A stretch of DNA of 64,000 bases from an uncultured Bacteroidia bacterium (GCA_965284645.1 OZ260106.1:144265-208264); one strand, 5' to 3'. Shown: positions 20,349-29,440, counted from the stretch's first letter. Numbers and translations are program-made. Notes: generated from the sequence alone by a model not told the origin.

Positions 20349-23300
20349 CTAATTCTTAATAAACATAGCTCTGCTTTGTATACCAGCTAAAGTTAGTGTT
20401 ATGCAATATGCGCCTGATGCTATAGTTGAGGTGTTTAAATCAAACTGTTTGCCCGACTTATTAACCTCAGCCATTATTAGTTTTCCATACATATCATAAA
20501 CCTCTATAGCTATATTATTAGCAGGCTTGTTAAGGCTAATGGTTATATTTTCGATAGCGGGGTTTGGGTACAGAAAAAAGTTATCTCGAACGCCTTGTTC
20601 AATTATGGCTGTTACGTTTTGGTTTACTATAGTTGAAATTGTATCAGAACAACCCGCATTGCTAACTATAGCTATTAGTTCGCAACTGGCTGTATCATCC
20701 CAAATAACATTAATAGAATTAGTTCCTTGTCCCGTAGTTATAGTGCCACAATTTGTAATCCATTGGTAGGCATCGGCATTAAAATCTAATGTAACAAAAT
20801 AGGCATAAGGTTGAAGTGTATCTACCACTGTTGGTCCGTATATTGAATCTAACGGTGTTAGTGCAGGTACAACGTTTATAGACGTACTGGCATTGGTTGT
20901 GCAGCCTTGTAAATTAGACACAGCAACATTGTAGTTAGTAGTTTGTGTAGGTGACACAGTTATTGAGCTATTGGTAGAGCCTGTGCTCCATAAATAGCTA
21001 TCACCACCAGTAGCAGTTAATACTACTGAGCTGCCACTACAAACTGTAGCAGAAGGGGTAATGGTTGCTACAGGAGTTGGATTTACTGTTACTGTAATGT
21101 TGGTAATAGCAGTGCAGCCGTTTCCATTGTTTGATGTTACCGTATATGTTGTGGTTTGGGTTGGCGATACAGTTATACTTGCTGAAGTTGCACCATTGCT
21201 CCAGCTGTAATTATTTCCACCACTAACAGTTAGCGTGGTGCTATTACCTGAACACAATGTATTAGTACCTGAAATACTTAAAACAGGCCCTGGTAAAACA
21301 GTTACTGTTACTGAGCTGTCAGAAGAACAACCACTGCCATTATCTACTGTTACATTATAGGTAGTAGTTTGGTTAGGCGATACAGTTATGGCATTTGCAG
21401 TGGCCCCTGTATTCCATGTGTAGGATACGCCTCCTGTGGCTGTTAACGTTGTAGTACTACCTTGACAAATAGAAGTAACACCAGCAATGTTTATTGAGGG
21501 TGAATTTGATACAGTTACCGTTTGACTAGCTGATGCAGAGCAGCCATTGCCATTAAAAACAGTTACCGTGTATGTAGTAGTTTGGTTAGGGGCTACGGTA
21601 ATAGAGCTTGATGTTGAACCGTTGCTCCATACATAGCTGTTGCCTCCACTAGCCGTTAGGGTTGTGTTAGCACCTAAACAAATGCTATTTACACCAGTAA
21701 TACTTGGGCTTGGCGATGGGCTAACTGTTACGGTTTGGCTAGTAGATGCACTACAACCATTTCCATTGGTTACTGTCACTGTGTAAGTGGTTGTTTGGTT
21801 TGGCGATACAGTTATAGAAGCTGTTGTAGCTCCAGTACTCCATACATAGCTTGTATCTCCGCTGGCAGTTAAGGTGGTGCTGGCACCTGAACAGATGCTA
21901 TTTGTACCAGAAATACTTGGGGTTGGGGCTGGATTAACTGTTACCGTTTGGTTGGTTGAAGCGGTACAACCGTTGCTGCCTGTGGCTGTTACGCTATAGG
22001 TGGTTGTTTGGGATGGAGAAACAGATATTGAAGCTGTTGTAGCCCCAGTACTCCATACATAGCTATTACCACCACTGGCGGTTAATGTTGTGCTGGCACC
22101 TGAACAGATGCTATTTGTACCAGAAATACTTGGGGTTGGTGCTGGATTTACCGTTACTGCTTGGCTAACAGAAGCTGTACAACCGTTGCCATTTGTTGCT
22201 GTTACGGTATAAGTAGTGGTTTGGGTGGGCGATACGGTTATAGAAGCTGTTGTAGCTCCAGTACTCCATACATAGCTTGTACCTCCACTGGCAGTTAATG
22301 TGGTGCTATTGCCTGCACAAATAGTGTTAACGCCAGAAATGCTAGGTGTCGGCAGTGGATTTACTGTTACTGTTCGGGTAGTGTTGCCTGTACAACCATT
22401 GATACCTGTTGCTGTTACGGTATAGGTAGTGGTTTGAGTGGGCGATACGGTTATAGAAGCTGTTGTAGCTCCAGTACTCCATACATAGCTTGTACCTCCG
22501 CTGGCAGTTAATGTGGTGCTGTTTCCTGAACAAATAGTATTAGTGCCTGTTATGCTTGGTGTGGGTGCTGGATTAACTGTTACTGTTATGGTAGCATTAG
22601 CCGTACAACCGTTGCTGCCTGTGGCTGTTACGCTATAGGTGGTTGTTTGAGTAGGGGATACCGTTATAGAAGCGGTAGTAGCCCCAGTACTCCATACATA
22701 GCTGTTGCCACCACTGGCGGTTAACGTGGTGCTGTCACCTGAACATATACTGTTAGTACCTGAAATACTTGGTGTTGGTGATGGGTTTACTGTTACTACC
22801 TGACTAACAGAAGCTGAACATCCATTGCTATTGGTAGCGGTTACGGTATAGGTAGTAGTTTGGGTAGGCGATACAGTAATAGAGCTTGATGTAGAACCAT
22901 TGCTCCATGCATAGCTGCTTCCGCCGCTGGCAGTTAAAGTAGTGCTATTGCCTGCGCAAATAGTGTTAACGCCCGAAATGCTAGGTGTTGGCAGTGGATT
23001 AACCGTTACTGTTCTAGTAGTGTTGCCTGTACAACCATTGATACCTGTTGCTGTTACGGTATAGGTAGTGGTTTGAGTGGGCGATACGGTTATAGAAGCT
23101 GTTGTAGCTCCAGTACTCCATACATAGCTTGTACCTCCGCTGGCAGTTAATGTGGTGCTGTTTCCTGAACAAATAGTATTAGTGCCTGTTATGCTTGGTG
23201 TGGGTGCTGGATTAACTGTTACTGTTATGGTAGCATTAGCCGTACAACCGTTGCTGCCTGTGGCTGTTACGCTATAGGTGGTTGTTTGAGTAGGGGATAC

Positions 23301-26300
23301 CGTTATAGAAGCGGTAGTAGCCCCAGTACTCCATACATAGCTGTTGCCACCACTGGCGGTTAGTGTTGTACTGGCACCTGAACAGATACTGTTAGTGCCT
23401 GAAATACTTGGTGTTGGTGCTGGGTTTACTGTTACTGCCTGACTAACAGAAGCTGAACAACCATTGCTATTGGTAGCAGTTACGGTATAGGTAGTAGTTT
23501 GGGTAGGCGATACAGTAATAGAGCTAGATGTAGAGCCATTGCTCCATACATAGCTGGTACCACCACTGGCAGTTAAGGTGGTGCTGGCACCTGCACAAAT
23601 AGCGTTAACACCCGAAATGCTAGGTGTTGGCAGTGGATTTACTGTTACTGTTCGGGTAGTGTTGCCTGTACAACCATTGCCATTTGTTGCTGTTACGGTA
23701 TAAGTAGTGGTTTGGGTGGGTGAAACGGTTATAGAAGCTGTTGTAGCTCCAGTACTCCATACATAGCTTGTACTTCCGCTGGCAGTTAAGGTGGTGCTGG
23801 CACCTGAACAGATGCTATTTGTACCAGAAATACTTGGGGTTGGGGCTGGATTAACTGTTACCGTTTGGTTGGTTGAAGCGGTACAACCGTTGCTACCTGT
23901 TGCTGTTACGGTATAGGTAGTTGTTTGGGTGGGCGATACGGTTATAGAAGCTGTAGTAGCTCCAGTACTCCATACATAGCTATTACCACCACTGGCGGTT
24001 AATGTTGTGCTGGCACCTGAACAGATGCTATTAGTACCCGAAATACTTGGAGTAGGTAGTGGGTTTACCGTAACGGTTACGTTATCAGTGCAGCTAACTC
24101 CATTTTCAGTAACTGTGAGTGTATAAGTAGTAGTTTGTGTGGGACTAACATTAATAGTAGGTGTAGTAGCCCCATTACTCCATAAATATTGGGTGTTTGA
24201 TAAAGTATAAAGTTGTAGTACTTCTGAGGATGTTAATGCTCTATTATACAATGTAACATCATCTAATTTACCTGCAAAGTTTGCTGCATTGTTTTGATTG
24301 TTGTCGCCCAAAGTAAAGCCTGTTACAAAGTTGTCTGGACCTCCCATTGTAGTTGCTCTGCGTTGCGAACCTGTGTACCAGTTTCCGTCTGATAAAATCG
24401 TTGTTAATTGAACTCCATTGATGTATACTTTAACATCAGTACCATCGTAGCTTACTAGTAAATAATTCCAAGTTCCTGGGGAGATAAATCCATTTGTTTT
24501 ATAATCAATAGCAACGTCCCCAATACTTCCCATAGTATTAGCATTATATCGACCAAAAGCTATATCTGTTGTTGTATCGTTGGGTTGCCCTATTCTAGCG
24601 TAAACTCTTTTAAATGGGCTTACGTTATTACCATCAAATGAAAAAAAGACATTAGATGAGAGACCAAAGCCACCTCCATTATTTCCAGAAGCATCCCGAT
24701 TAAACCATAGCCCAACAGAAAAAGGGTTATTACCATCAATTAATTGGCGAAGGGCATTGTTATTATTGGCTATACGGGCACTCCCGTTAAAGTAATATGA
24801 AGTATTTGCTGCACCAGTTCTGTCAGTAGATAAAGTGGCAGAAGTTACCGTTCCATTATTCCCATTACCACTGGCATCATTAGCATTGCCGCAAAAGGGG
24901 TAGTAAGCCACTAAGCCCGTTTGTAAATTACTTGGCAAATTGGTTGAGGCACAAGCTTGTATTCCGCTGCTGCTGCTTGTATCGGCACTTAAGGTAATAC
25001 TTTGCCCTGCACAAATGGTGGTATCGTTTTGTTGTATTTGGGCGGTGCATGCGCCATTATATAAATCTGTTATTTCTTGTTGGGTTAAGGCGCGATTCCA
25101 AAAGCCAACATCATCAATTTTACCAATAAATTGTTGGTTTAAAACACTTGATCCAATAAAAAAATTTATACCTGTTCCGGTATTTAAAATGGTGCTTAGA
25201 TTAAAAGAACTGAACACGGTACTTAATAGAACTCCATCGAGATATACCTTTATTGCAGAAATAGTATTTCCAAAAGAGGGGTCATAAACCAAAACAAGAT
25301 TTCGCCATGAACCAAGTGTGTTAGATGAATAAAATACTTGACTATTACTTATGTCCATTCCGGCTTTGTCAGCCCCTATTAATGGTATAAAGGTACGGCC
25401 AGGTGAATTTTGCCCATATCCACCTAAAACCCAATCAGCTGACGGTCCATTACTTTGACTCTGTAAAAACCATAGAGATATAGACCGAGCACTCGTACCG
25501 GTAGGTCCAACTAGAGGTGTTTGAATATTTTGTGGAGTACTTCCATTATTAGCAAAACTGTAAGCACTATTAGCGTTCCCAAACCTGTCAGCAGTCAGCG
25601 TTGCACCGTTTACTGTACCGTTGTTGCCGTTGCCGCTCTCATCGCTAGCGTTACCACAAAATGGCCAGTACCCCACTAAACCACTAGTTGGAACATACGA
25701 TGGTAAACAGGTGCTTGAAGGTAATGAAGAATTATACAAGTTTGTTACCTCTTGCTGTGTTAAAGCTCTATTCCAAATGCCGATATCATCAGCCTTTCCT
25801 TTAAACCATCTATACCAGTCTACAGGTGCTGTATTTGTAAACTCTTTCCCTATATATAAAGGTTCAGATGAATTTATTAATGTTAAAGTTGTATTTGTTG
25901 TTTGTTCCAAAACACCATTTCTGTATAATGAAATATTAGTAGGTGTTTTTACTGCAATAATATTAATCCATGTGTTTAACGGAAGGGGAGCGTTTGAAAC
26001 TACAAAGGTTTGAGATGTTCCATTATGATTTACATGAGAACAATTGTTACTAAGATCCTGGTATACACTATTAATTGAATACCCTGTTTGCCAACCGGCC
26101 CCTCTTGGCTTGCCTAATATAGTTCTTACAGCGTCTGTATTTCCACTTCCATTAGGAAATTGAGGAGTTGAATAGTCAGGAATTTGCACCCAAACAGAGA
26201 TTGTGTAAGTTGTTGTAAAATCAAGTGAATTATTATCAGGAATACTAATAAAATCATTTACACCATCAAAGCTATATGCTGCATTAGTGTTACCAAACCT

Positions 26301-26408
26301 ATCGGTAGTTAGGGTTGCACCGTTCACGGTTCCGTTATTGCCGTTGCCACTTAAATCATTGGCATTACCTGTAAAAGGCCACCAGCCAACAAGGCCATTG
26401 GTAGGCAC
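20349..26408 (-). CDS. Giant T9SS-secreted adhesin-like protein: 3 LamG (Laminin_G_3-like) modules, 15 Ig-like repeats and a Por/T9SS C-terminal sorting domain
   Basis: The module GLVGWWPFxGNANDxSGNGNNGTVNGATLTxDRFGN...WNRALTQQE occurs three times. There are 15 units of 71 aa (SISGTNSICSGASTTLTASGGNSYVWSTGATTASITVSPTQTTTYTVTA..GC....TVTVNPxPTP). The C-terminus FFLYPNPAIENITISL...IEVYDMYGKLI...GAYCITLTL is T9SS type-A CTD-like. The track start is a GTG with no signal peptide. A proper signal peptide (ATG at 26479) lies one frame away across a T9 tract (see findings). Confidence 0.9.
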   Translation of the reverse strand: MPTNGLVGWWPFTGNANDLSGNGNNGTVNGATLTTDRFGNTNAAYSFDGVNDFISIPDNNSLDFTTTYTISVWVQIPDYSTPQFPNGSGNTDAVRTILGKPRGAGWQTGYSINSVYQDLSNNCSHVNHNGTSQTFVVSNAPLPLNTWINIIAVKTPTNISLYRNGVLEQTTNTTLTLINSSEPLYIGKEFTNTAPVDWYRWFKGKADDIGIWNRALTQQEVTNLYNSSLPSSTCLPSYVPTSGLVGYWPFCGNASDESGNGNNGTVNGATLTADRFGNANSAYSFANNGSTPQNIQTPLVGPTGTSARSISLWFLQSQSNGPSADWVLGGYGQNSPGRTFIPLIGADKAGMDISNSQVFYSSNTLGSWRNLVLVYDPSFGNTISAIKVYLDGVLLSTVFSSFNLSTILNTGTGINFFIGSSVLNQQFIGKIDDVGFWNRALTQQEITDLYNGACTAQIQQNDTTICAGQSITLSADTSSSSGIQACASTNLPSNLQTGLVAYYPFCGNANDASGNGNNGTVTSATLSTDRTGAANTSYYFNGSARIANNNNALRQLIDGNNPFSVGLWFNRDASGNNGGGFGLSSNVFFSFDGNNVSPFKRVYARIGQPNDTTTDIAFGRYNANTMGSIGDVAIDYKTNGFISPGTWNYLLVSYDGTDVKVYINGVQLTTILSDGNWYTGSQRRATTMGGPDNFVTGFTLGDNNQNNAANFAGKLDDVTLYNRALTSSEVLQLYTLSNTQYLWSNGATTPTINVSPTQTTTYTLTVTENGVSCTDNVTVTVNPLPTPSISGTNSICSGASTTLTASGGNSYVWSTGATTASITVSPTQTTTYTVTATGSNGCTASTNQTVTVNPAPTPSISGTNSICSGASTTLTASGSTSYVWSTGATTASITVSPTQTTTYTVTATNGNGCTGNTTRTVTVNPLPTPSISGVNAICAGASTTLTASGGTSYVWSNGSTSSSITVSPTQTTTYTVTATNSNGCSASVSQAVTVNPAPTPSISGTNSICSGASTTLTASGGNSYVWSTGATTASITVSPTQTTTYSVTATGSNGCTANATITVTVNPAPTPSITGTNTICSGNSTTLTASGGTSYVWSTGATTASITVSPTQTTTYTVTATGINGCTGNTTRTVTVNPLPTPSISGVNTICAGNSTTLTASGGSSYAWSNGSTSSSITVSPTQTTTYTVTATNSNGCSASVSQVVTVNPSPTPSISGTNSICSGDSTTLTASGGNSYVWSTGATTASITVSPTQTTTYSVTATGSNGCTANATITVTVNPAPTPSITGTNTICSGNSTTLTASGGTSYVWSTGATTASITVSPTQTTTYTVTATGINGCTGNTTRTVTVNPLPTPSISGVNTICAGNSTTLTASGGTSYVWSTGATTASITVSPTQTTTYTVTATNGNGCTASVSQAVTVNPAPTPSISGTNSICSGASTTLTASGGNSYVWSTGATTASISVSPSQTTTYSVTATGSNGCTASTNQTVTVNPAPTPSISGTNSICSGASTTLTASGDTSYVWSTGATTASITVSPNQTTTYTVTVTNGNGCSASTSQTVTVSPSPSPSITGVNSICLGANTTLTASGGNSYVWSNGSTSSSITVAPNQTTTYTVTVFNGNGCSASASQTVTVSNSPSINIAGVTSICQGSTTTLTATGGVSYTWNTGATANAITVSPNQTTTYNVTVDNGSGCSSDSSVTVTVLPGPVLSISGTNTLCSGNSTTLTVSGGNNYSWSNGATSASITVSPTQTTTYTVTSNNGNGCTAITNITVTVNPTPVATITPSATVCSGSSVVLTATGGDSYLWSTGSTNSSITVSPTQTTNYNVAVSNLQGCTTNASTSINVVPALTPLDSIYGPTVVDTLQPYAYFVTLDFNADAYQWITNCGTITTGQGTNSINVIWDDTASCELIAIVSNAGCSDTISTIVNQNVTAIIEQGVRDNFFLYPNPAIENITISLNKPANNIAIEVYDMYGKLIMAEVNKSGKQFDLNTSTIASGAYCITLTLAGIQSRAMFIKN
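20853..24190 (-). repeat. Coding tandem array: 15 full units plus 1 partial unit of 213 bp, with a 639-bp higher-order duplication
   Basis: Unit period is 213 bp (71 aa). By eye, 22381-22723 is identical to 23020-23362 (offset 639 = 3 units). Confidence 0.9.
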
Positions 26409-26446
26409 ATAATTGGGTATTTGGGCATAGGTTAGTATAGAAACTG

Positions 26447-26455
26447 AAAAAAAAA
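26447..26455 (-). other. Homopolymer tract (A9 on plus strand, T9 in the coding sense) inside the adhesin signal-peptide region
   Basis: ATG AAA AAA GTT CTT ATT TCT TTC T9 CAG.. stops after 15 codons. Adding one T gives MKKVLISFFFFSVSILTYAQ/IPNYVPTNGLVGWW, in frame with the 2019-aa ORF. Confidence 0.85.
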
Positions 26456-26540
26456 GAAAGAAATAAGAACTTTTTTCATAAGGAAAAATATTTTTTGCAA
26501 ATAACCAAGTTATAAACCGTTACTTAATAATCCAAAAAAT

Positions 26541-26579
26541 CCAAATAGTTCAAAAAAGCCAGATAGTTCAAATGGTTCA
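26541..26579. promoter_or_regulatory. Direct repeats in the divergent adhesin / HTH-kinase promoter region
   Basis: ccaaATAGTTCAaa (26541-54), ccagATAGTTCAaa (26559-72) and ATGGTTCA (26572-79). Spacing is 18 and 9 bp. Confidence 0.3.
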
Positions 26580-26656
26580 CTTATTATATATTTACCTTAA
26601 AATGTTATGAAAACAAATTTTTAAATTACATTTTTGCAGTTTATATTCTTTCGCAA

Positions 26657-27217
26657 ATGTTAAGACCGGATATTAAACAGCTTGTAGAAAATAAATTTGG
26701 CAAAGAAATTAACTATCCTAAAGATTGTGCTGTATTGGCTGAGGTAATGAGGATAGATAATAATTTACCCATAAGCTCTAGTACACTAAAGAGAGTTTTT
26801 GGCTTTTACGGCGAAATCGAAAAACCCCGCCTACACACATTAGATATGTTGGCAAAATATTTAGGGTATAAAAACTGGGCAGAGTTAGATAATCATTTAC
26901 TTCATAACGATAGTGGATTTGATGAAATTGAGACCATAGAAATAGATAAATTAGAACTAAACAATAAACTGGTAATTGAATATTCCTCAATAAGAAAGAT
27001 ACGAATGCAGTATTTGGGGGAGTTTAGGTTTGAACTATTAGAGTCTACCAGCAGTAAACTTCGCAAAGGAGATATACTGCGCATTCATAACCTCGTTAAA
27101 GGCTATCCCTTAATTTGCCAAAGTGTAATTAGGGATAACACTGATTTAGGAAAATATATAGGCGGCAAAACATCAGGCATTACTTATCTTTGTGTTTTAG
27201 ACACTAAGAAACTGTAA
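26657..27217 (+). CDS. Hypothetical protein with an N-terminal HTH-like region and a C-terminal beta-rich domain
   Basis: 186 aa. ISSSTLKRVFGFYGEIEKPRLHTLDMLAKYLGYKNWAEL looks like an HTH segment. The stop is 1 nt before the kinase ATG. AT-rich. Confidence 0.6.
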   Translation: MLRPDIKQLVENKFGKEINYPKDCAVLAEVMRIDNNLPISSSTLKRVFGFYGEIEKPRLHTLDMLAKYLGYKNWAELDNHLLHNDSGFDEIETIEIDKLELNNKLVIEYSSIRKIRMQYLGEFRFELLESTSSKLRKGDILRIHNLVKGYPLICQSVIRDNTDLGKYIGGKTSGITYLCVLDTKKL

Positions 27218-27218
27218 T

Positions 27219-28397
27219 ATGTTATATCATGAATCATCGTTTATTATTAATGATGATGGAGGTGCAGATGACCAGATATTATTAAGTTCTGGCGGAACAT
27301 GCAATATTTACAGGCTGCGAATTGATAAGAAATTTTATATTCGGAAAGAACTAAAACCTAAGCATAGCCAAGACCCTGTTTACTTAATTGCCTTTGATAG
27401 GGAGTTTGAAATTGGCCAAGAGCTAAACCACCCTAATATTGTTAAGTATTTATATAAGCACCAAGGCTATATAATACAAGAGTATTTGGACGGAGAGACA
27501 TTAGCTGTTTTAGCTGAAAATATTGCATTCTATTCCATTAAGCAGCGGTATCTGCAAATTGAAAAGTACTTATACCAGCTATGCACAGCTGTTGAATACC
27601 TTCACAGTAAAGGTATAACCCACGGCGATATAAAGCCCCAAAACATTATTGTTACTCATGTCTCTAATGAGTTAAAACTCATTGATTTTGGACATGCCTA
27701 TACACTACAATACGAAGGTATAAAAGGAGGTACGCCGGGCTACTTAATGCAAGATAATGATTTAGGTTCTTTTGAAGAACGTAAAATTGCCGATTTGTAC
27801 GCAATCCAAAAAATAGTTAACGAGCTATTGACTATTGGTTTGCAATCCCATGAAACCAATGCTAAAGTAACGGCATACATTAAAAACACGGGAAAAAAAT
27901 TACCCAAAACGGCTCAAAACATTTATAGTAGCTATCTAGAACTAAAACGTAGAAAATCAATTTTATACATGCTGCCAATTCTCTTGTTTGTTATTATTGG
28001 CATACTGGTTTATTGGTTTGTAAGCCCACAAAAACAGGCAGCGGACATAAAGGCACCTGTTATTATGACAAAACTAAAAGTGCCTAATAAAACAAAAGCA
28101 CCAAATTTAGAAATTGAACATAATAGCGATGCTTATATGTGGGGTGGTAAGTTTTATAAACCACTAAATGATTCTATTAACAAAGTGAAATATAGCCTGA
28201 CAAACACTGAATTTTTCAGTATCAGAGCGTTTTTTATATTGAAGAATGACAATCAATGGCAAACTGTCTTAAATAAAGTCCCGATGGTTAGGCAAAAAGC
28301 CCTTCAAACCGATTATAACAAGGGATATGTAAATGCATATAAAAAATCAGAAGATATTTATATATTGCATAATAAAAAATACCCAATAGAAAAATGA
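27219..28397 (+). CDS. Membrane-anchored Hanks-type Ser/Thr protein kinase-like protein (non-RD)
   Basis: G-loop-like SSGGTCNIY, Lys in YIRKELK, catalytic loop THGDIKPQNIIV (HGD instead of HRD), LIDFGHA, GTPGY, a single TM ILYMLPILLFVIIGILVYWFV, and a C-terminal domain of about 115 aa of unknown type. Confidence 0.8.
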   Translation: MLYHESSFIINDDGGADDQILLSSGGTCNIYRLRIDKKFYIRKELKPKHSQDPVYLIAFDREFEIGQELNHPNIVKYLYKHQGYIIQEYLDGETLAVLAENIAFYSIKQRYLQIEKYLYQLCTAVEYLHSKGITHGDIKPQNIIVTHVSNELKLIDFGHAYTLQYEGIKGGTPGYLMQDNDLGSFEERKIADLYAIQKIVNELLTIGLQSHETNAKVTAYIKNTGKKLPKTAQNIYSSYLELKRRKSILYMLPILLFVIIGILVYWFVSPQKQAADIKAPVIMTKLKVPNKTKAPNLEIEHNSDAYMWGGKFYKPLNDSINKVKYSLTNTEFFSIRAFFILKNDNQWQTVLNKVPMVRQKALQTDYNKGYVNAYKKSEDIYILHNKKYPIEK

Positions 28398-28563
28398 ATT
28401 TCCCAAAGTTATATAATGGCAAGGTTGTGGGAAGAACCTCAACAGGTTAATCATTAAAAAATGTGTGCGGTATGTTCAGATTTAAATAGCTCTCAAACCC
28501 ATACTAAAATTATGACCCAAAAACGAAAAAGTTGAAGTATAAAAGGGAAATGTTCTTTCAACG

Positions 28564-28705
28564 CCCGATGCCCGCCGTATATAGCTTGGGTAGAAGTACG
28601 AGGCCGCAAACCTCGCCTTAACTTTTTCGCCAAGCGTTTGTAAAAAGGGGTGTTATACCAATCTAAATTTGTATATTGCCTTTAGACCATTTACAAATTA
28701 AATAA
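28564..28705 (+). repeat. Family-2 mosaic repeat, copy b (modules X+Z)
   Basis: Module X is nearly identical to 19536-19633 (about 97 nt with roughly 3 mismatches). Module Z (ctaaatttgtatattgcctttagaccatttacaaattaaa) matches 63291-63340. Confidence 0.85.
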
Positions 28706-28735
28706 AAATGGGTATGAGAGAATGAGCGATTGCTT

Positions 28736-29062
28736 TTATGCTAGTTTTATAAATTGTTTTTCAAGTTTTACATTAAAGTTTATTTCCGCTTTTAAGGCTT
28801 TAAACACTTTTATAATCGTTTCAATTGTTGCACTATTTGTGCTACTTTCTAATTTTGAAATTTGAGATTTTTGAACTCCAACAATTTTGCCCAATTCCTC
28901 CTGAGTTAAATTGCGTTCTTTCCTTGCCGCTTTAATCATTTTGCCCAAAACATCCATTCGTAGTTCGTATTCGTACTCGTCACGAACTTCTGTACCAACT
29001 TTACCAATATACTTGTCTTTCATTTCGGCAAGCGAGTATGTTTTCATTTCTTTGTTTGCCAT
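28736..29062 (-). CDS. higA: XRE-family HTH antitoxin (HigA-like)
   Basis: 108 aa. NLTQEELGKIVGVQKSQISKLES is an HTH_XRE motif. It lies immediately downstream of the toxin gene with a 1-nt gap. Confidence 0.8.
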   Translation of the reverse strand: MANKEMKTYSLAEMKDKYIGKVGTEVRDEYEYELRMDVLGKMIKAARKERNLTQEELGKIVGVQKSQISKLESSTNSATIETIIKVFKALKAEINFNVKLEKQFIKLA

Positions 29063-29063
29063 T

Positions 29064-29408
29064 TTATTTATGATTATGTTTACTATTAAAATACCTCTCT
29101 CTTATTTTAACTGCTCTGTCTATTTCTTTTTCTGGAACTTTGTCCACTTTCTTAATAAATCCGTGCGTTGCAATTACCAATGTTTCCTTTCCGTCAGTTT
29201 TATCCCAAAATGCTAGAAGTCTAATTTGTTGTCCTGCAAATAGCGTTCTAAACTCCCAAATGTCATTTTTAAGTTTTTTGAATAGTCTAGGGTCGTTGGT
29301 TTGTTCGGCTAAGTCAATATTATAAAATACTTTTCTAGCAGCCTTTAGGTCAAGTTCAGCAATGAATTTGTCAGCTTCTTCTAAAAATCGTGTTTCAAAA
29401 AACCGCAT
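29064..29408 (-). CDS. higB: RelE/ParE-superfamily toxin (HigB / Gp49-like)
   Basis: 114 aa. The toxin-first gene order, the size, and DIWEFRTLFAGQQIRLLAFW...VIATHGFIKK are typical of phage Gp49-like HigB toxins. Confidence 0.75.
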   Translation of the reverse strand: MRFFETRFLEEADKFIAELDLKAARKVFYNIDLAEQTNDPRLFKKLKNDIWEFRTLFAGQQIRLLAFWDKTDGKETLVIATHGFIKKVDKVPEKEIDRAVKIRERYFNSKHNHK

Positions 29409-29432
29409 TTAGTCGAATTTGTAAAATTTCAA

Positions 29433-29440
29433 CAAAGATA
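29433..29440 (-). promoter_or_regulatory. -7 promoter box TATCTTTG for higBA
   Basis: Exact TAnnTTTG match 24 nt upstream of the higB ATG. Confidence 0.35.

Noticed and set aside
20853-24190. A regular 213-bp periodic repeat that could superficially suggest a CRISPR-like or satellite array.
   Set aside because: The period is a multiple of 3, there are no unique spacers, and the array is in frame within one long ORF encoding Ig-like domains. It is a coding tandem array.
28395-28451. An 18-codon micro-ORF (MNFPKLYNGKVVGRTSTG) overlapping the kinase stop in an ATGA arrangement.
   Set aside because: It is too short to support from sequence alone, and there is no conservation evidence. It is noted only as a possibility.
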